The translations under genes were made by a program, and so were the position numbers. From a bacterium (GTDB taxonomy: Bacteria; Patescibacteriota; Microgenomatia; UBA1400; PJMF01), in NCBI GenBank assembly GCA_030539095.1, contig JAUNST010000001.1, forward strand, positions 2,377 through 48,997: DNA of 46,621 nucleotides, given 5' to 3'. Under the pieces are notes generated by a model. The model saw only the letters and a list, made by a program, of their open reading frames with translations, did not search any database and was not told the origin of the DNA. This document shows, in pieces, positions 43,374 through 46,621 of the stretch (positions within the stretch are counted from its first letter, which is position 1; each line of letters opens with the position of its first letter).

Positions 43374-45152
43374 ATGGATAAAATTCGTAATTTTTCTATC
43401 ATCGCTCATATTGATCACGGTAAGACTACTCTCACCGATCGTTTACTGGAACTCACCGGAAATTTAGGTCGCGGCGCGCATGAACGGATTATGGATAGTA
43501 ATCCGATTGAACGCGAGCGAGGTATCACTATTAAATTGGCGCCAGTGCGTTTAAATTATCGTGGTTATCAGTTAAATTTAATTGATACTCCAGGTCATGT
43601 TGACTTCGGTTACGAAGTCAGTCGCTCGCTGGCAGCTTGCGAAGGAGCGATTCTTGTAGTAGACGCCACTCAGGGAGTGCAAGCACAAACGCTTTCTAAT
43701 TATTACAAAGCCAAAAATCTAGGTTTAAAAATTATTCCCGTTATTAATAAAATCGATTTACCGGTGGCCGATGTAGAAAAAACTACTTTGGAGTTGATGG
43801 ACGCTTTTGGTTTTAATGAAGAAGAAATTGTAGCTGTTTCTGCCAAAAGTGGCCAGAATGTGGCGCAAATTTTGGACAAAATTATTGAGGTTATTCCGCC
43901 ACCAACGCAAAATTTGCGCGCATCGGCTCGCGGTTTAATTATGACCGCCACTTTTGATCGCCACCGCGGAGCGGTGGCTTATGTGCGAATGATTGACGGC
44001 GTTATTCGCGAGCGCGAAAAATTAGAATTTTTCGCTAATGATAAAACTTTCACTCCTTTAGAAATCGGTTGCTTCAGTCCGCAAATGCAAGCTCTGCCGG
44101 AATTAAAAGCTGGTGAAGTTGGCTACATTTGCACAGGACTTAAAGATATTCGTAGTTTAGCTATTGGCGACACTTTAATTGTTTCGCCCAAAGATCCGCA
44201 ATTGCAACCATTGCCGGGATTTAAGAAAGTTCAACCGGTGGTTTTTATGGAAATTTATCCAGTTGACGCAGATTTATTTCCAGATTTGCAAGATGCGGTC
44301 ACTAAACTTTCCTATCATGACGCAGCGCTCTCTTTTAGCACCACTTACTCCAATGCTTTGGGCTCTGGCATTAAAATTGGCTTCTTGGGAATTTTGCATG
44401 CCGAAATTGTTTTGGAGCGCTTAAATCAAGAATTCGATTTAGATTTAATTGCCACTGCTCCGACTGTTGATTATCGCGTCACTTTAAAAACTGGAGAAGT
44501 CCATCACGTTTTTGTTCCGGCAGATTTGCCAGAGCCAAGTTTAATCGATAAAATTGAAGAACCGATTGCCACTTTAGAAATTTTTACGCCAGAACTTTAC
44601 GGCAGCAATATTATTCAATTTTGTCGCGAAAGACGAGGTAAATTAATTTCTAGCGAATTCACAGCAGGTAATTTGAAAATAAAAATTCAATTGCCGTTAG
44701 CAGAATTAATTACTGATTTTCATGATCAACTAAAATCTTTAAGCTCTGGTTTTGCTTCTTTAGAATACGAAATTACTGGTTATGAACCGGTGGCTGCTAT
44801 TAAAGTTAATATTTTGCTCAACGGAGAATTAGTGGAAGCGCTCAGCTTTATTGCTTTGGAGGCGGAAGCGGAAAGACGGGGTCGCGAAATGGTGGAAAAG
44901 TTGAAAGAAGCTATCCCCCGCCAAATGTTTGAAATTCCTGTTCAAGCAGCGGTGGGCGGCAAAATTATTGCTCGCGAAACGATTAAAGCTTGGCGGAAAG
45001 ACGTCACAGCCAAACTTTATGGCGGCGATGTGACTCGCCGGCAAAAACTGCTTAAAAAGCAAGCTAAAGGTAAAAAACGCATGAAACAGTTTGGTAAGGT
45101 GGAATTAAACCAAGATGTTTTTTTGACTTTGCTTAAAAACAAAGTCAACTAA
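43374..45152 (+). CDS. lepA: Elongation factor 4 (LepA)
   Basis: 592 aa. [43 protein letters not shown] and the LepA-specific C-terminus (YGGDVTRRQKLLKKQAKGKKRMK). Confidence 0.97.
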   Translation: MDKIRNFSIIAHIDHGKTTLTDRLLELTGNLGRGAHERIMDSNPIERERGITIKLAPVRLNYRGYQLNLIDTPGHVDFGYEVSRSLAACEGAILVVDATQGVQAQTLSNYYKAKNLGLKIIPVINKIDLPVADVEKTTLELMDAFGFNEEEIVAVSAKSGQNVAQILDKIIEVIPPPTQNLRASARGLIMTATFDRHRGAVAYVRMIDGVIREREKLEFFANDKTFTPLEIGCFSPQMQALPELKAGEVGYICTGLKDIRSLAIGDTLIVSPKDPQLQPLPGFKKVQPVVFMEIYPVDADLFPDLQDAVTKLSYHDAALSFSTTYSNALGSGIKIGFLGILHAEIVLERLNQEFDLDLIATAPTVDYRVTLKTGEVHHVFVPADLPEPSLIDKIEEPIATLEIFTPELYGSNIIQFCRERRGKLISSEFTAGNLKIKIQLPLAELITDFHDQLKSLSSGFASLEYEITGYEPVAAIKVNILLNGELVEALSFIALEAEAERRGREMVEKLKEAIPRQMFEIPVQAAVGGKIIARETIKAWRKDVTAKLYGGDVTRRQKLLKKQAKGKKRMKQFGKVELNQDVFLTLLKNKVN

Positions 45153-45154
45153 GG

Positions 45155-45160
45155 TATAAT
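45155..45160 (+). promoter_or_regulatory. -10 hexamer TATAAT 6 nt before the ATG at 45167 (leaderless geometry)
   Basis: The lepA stop TAA is followed by ggtataat-ttagat-ATG. Confidence 0.4.
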
Positions 45161-45166
45161 TTAGAT

Positions 45167-46006
45167 ATGAAATTAAACCTCCCACAAAGTGATGGACACA
45201 AAGGTCAAAACGGCAAAGTTTTAATTGTTGGCGGCTCAAAACTTTTTCACGCTGCTTCCTTGTGGAGCGCCCAAACAGCGGCTCACTTAGTCGATATGGT
45301 TTTTTATGCCAGCGTTAAAAATAATAATAAAAGTGTTCAAGAAAATAAAAAAAAGTTTTTTGATGGTATTGTAATTGAGCGTGACCAAATTTTAACTTAT
45401 GCGCAAGAAGCAGATGTTATTTTAATTGGTCCGGGACTAGAGCGAGGCCAGCGCCAACCGGAAAAATTGGTGGAAATTTTGCAAACAAAAAAAGATTTAA
45501 CTTTTAGTGAATGGGAAAATAATACTTATCTCATCACTAATTTTTTATTAGCAAAATTTCCACAAAAGAAATTTGTTTTAGATGCTGGAGCTTTGCAAAT
45601 GTTGGATTTAAATTTTTTGCCGGCTAATTGTATTTTAACTCCGCACCAAAAAGAAGCTTTGCAGCTGGAAGAAATGGCAGATACGGCAGATAAAAAAACT
45701 AAACTGCAAGCAGTGACAATTTTGCGTAAAAACATTGTTGATCAAGTTTGGAAAAACAACAAATTAATTGAAGAAATTAAGGGTGGTAATGCTGGCTTAA
45801 CTAAAGGTGGCAGCGGTGACGCGCTAGCTGGTTTAATCGCTGGACTTTTTGCTTATAACAATGATATTACGGCCGCTGTTTGGGGTAGTCGTGTTTTGAA
45901 AAAAACCGCCGACGAACTCTATCACACTGTGGGGCCATTTTTTACAATTACTGAACTAGTGGCAAAAATTCCCGCAGTTTTATGGACACAAGTGCAAGCG
46001 CAATAA
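45167..46006 (+). CDS. ADP/ATP-dependent NAD(P)H-hydrate dehydratase (YjeF C-terminal domain family)
   Basis: 279 aa. HKGQNGKVLIVGGS near the N-terminus and KGGSGDALAGLIAGL near the C-terminus, as in the NnrD/YjeF_C carbohydrate-kinase fold. Confidence 0.8.
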   Translation: MKLNLPQSDGHKGQNGKVLIVGGSKLFHAASLWSAQTAAHLVDMVFYASVKNNNKSVQENKKKFFDGIVIERDQILTYAQEADVILIGPGLERGQRQPEKLVEILQTKKDLTFSEWENNTYLITNFLLAKFPQKKFVLDAGALQMLDLNFLPANCILTPHQKEALQLEEMADTADKKTKLQAVTILRKNIVDQVWKNNKLIEEIKGGNAGLTKGGSGDALAGLIAGLFAYNNDITAAVWGSRVLKKTADELYHTVGPFFTITELVAKIPAVLWTQVQAQ

Positions 46007-46012
46007 ATTTTT

Positions 46013-46621
46013 ATGCCTAATCATCGACAAGCGTGGGAAAAAAATTGGCTCATGACGCATGGCTGGACCGCTGCTCAAATAGAAACTTTGATTGCCAACG
46101 ACGAGCAAACCCCAGTGGAATATTTAACCGGTTGGGCGCAATTTTTAGATTTGCAGGTACAAGTAACTAAAGATACTTTAATTCCAAGATTGGAAACAGA
46201 AAAATTAGTCGCTTTAGCTGTGGACGAAATTGCAAAAAACAAAGTTGCAAATGTGTGGGAAGTTGGCACTGGCAGCGGCGCCATTGCTATTGCTTTAGCA
46301 AGTGAATTGCAAAAAAAACATCTCGCGACGCAAATTTTTGCCAGTGATATTTCCGCCGCCGCTTTGCAAGTAGCCAGCAAAAATTTGCGTCGCTTGCAAT
46401 TGGAAAAAGTTGTTACTTTAGCACAAGCAGACTTGCTTGATGCGGAACCAAAGTTTTTTAATCAAGATGGACCTTGGTTTTTAGTGGCTAATTTACCCTA
46501 TCTGCCAGAGTTTCGCCGCCAGCAAATGTCTGTCAGCGTCAAAAATTTTGAACCGGAGATAGCTTTATTTGCTGGCGCTGACGGTTTGGTTTTGATTAAA
46601 AAACTTTTAAATTCAGTTATT
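46013..46621 (+). CDS. prmC: Release factor glutamine N5-methyltransferase (PrmC/HemK-like), 3' end beyond the window
   Basis: Absent from the track because it is open at the window end. My translation reads MPNHRQAWEKNW...PVEYLTGWAQFLDLQVQVTKDTLIPRLETEKLV...VWEVGTGSGAIAIALA...LVANLPYLPE...FEPEIALFAGADGL. Confidence 0.8.
   Translation, partial: MPNHRQAWEKNWLMTHGWTAAQIETLIANDEQTPVEYLTGWAQFLDLQVQVTKDTLIPRLETEKLVALAVDEIAKNKVANVWEVGTGSGAIAIALASELQKKHLATQIFASDISAAALQVASKNLRRLQLEKVVTLAQADLLDAEPKFFNQDGPWFLVANLPYLPEFRRQQMSVSVKNFEPEIALFAGADGLVLIKKLLNSVI

Noticed and set aside
46075-46380. 101-aa minus-strand ORF
   Set aside because: It is antisense to the edge-truncated prmC reading frame, which has clear PrmC motifs.

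Overview
A low-GC, very gene-dense bacterial chromosomal segment read with the standard code. The style suggests a small-genome Patescibacteria/CPR-type organism, but that is inference only. Most of the window is translation and RNA-turnover housekeeping: bL21, PNPase, a tmRNA missing from the ORF track, uS15-uS12-uS7-EF-G-EF-Tu, bS21-BipA-EpmB, bS20-LepA, EpmA and PrmC. It also carries thioredoxin/thioredoxin reductase, alpha-glucan phosphorylase, RecO, a UvrD-type helicase-nuclease and NAD(P)HX dehydratase. I saw no CRISPR array, transposase, integrase or rRNA/tRNA gene. The best candidate for an undescribed system is at 14.3-20.7 kb. There a LuxI/FeeM-like acyltransferase, an E1(ThiF)-like protein with a degenerate nucleotide loop and a polytopic histidine kinase form one tight minus-strand operon. 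This operon is divergent from an acyl-AMP/CoA ligase and a receiver-only response regulator. The layout resembles modifier-plus-sensor pheromone loci, but no precursor gene is evident. Other notable items: a 1180-aa cytoplasmic protein with a GlnD-like HD domain and internal repeats; two compositionally foreign cassettes (an orphan 95-aa gene next to a Fic module, and a GNAT gene behind a long structured leader); a WxL/DUF916-like surface pair; a T4SS-type pilin at the end of a ribosomal-protein operon; pervasive extended -10 promoters placed for leaderless mRNAs; and one 21-nt promoter block shared by three small ribosomal-protein genes. All functional calls rest on motifs read by eye and recalled family knowledge. 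No searches were run.
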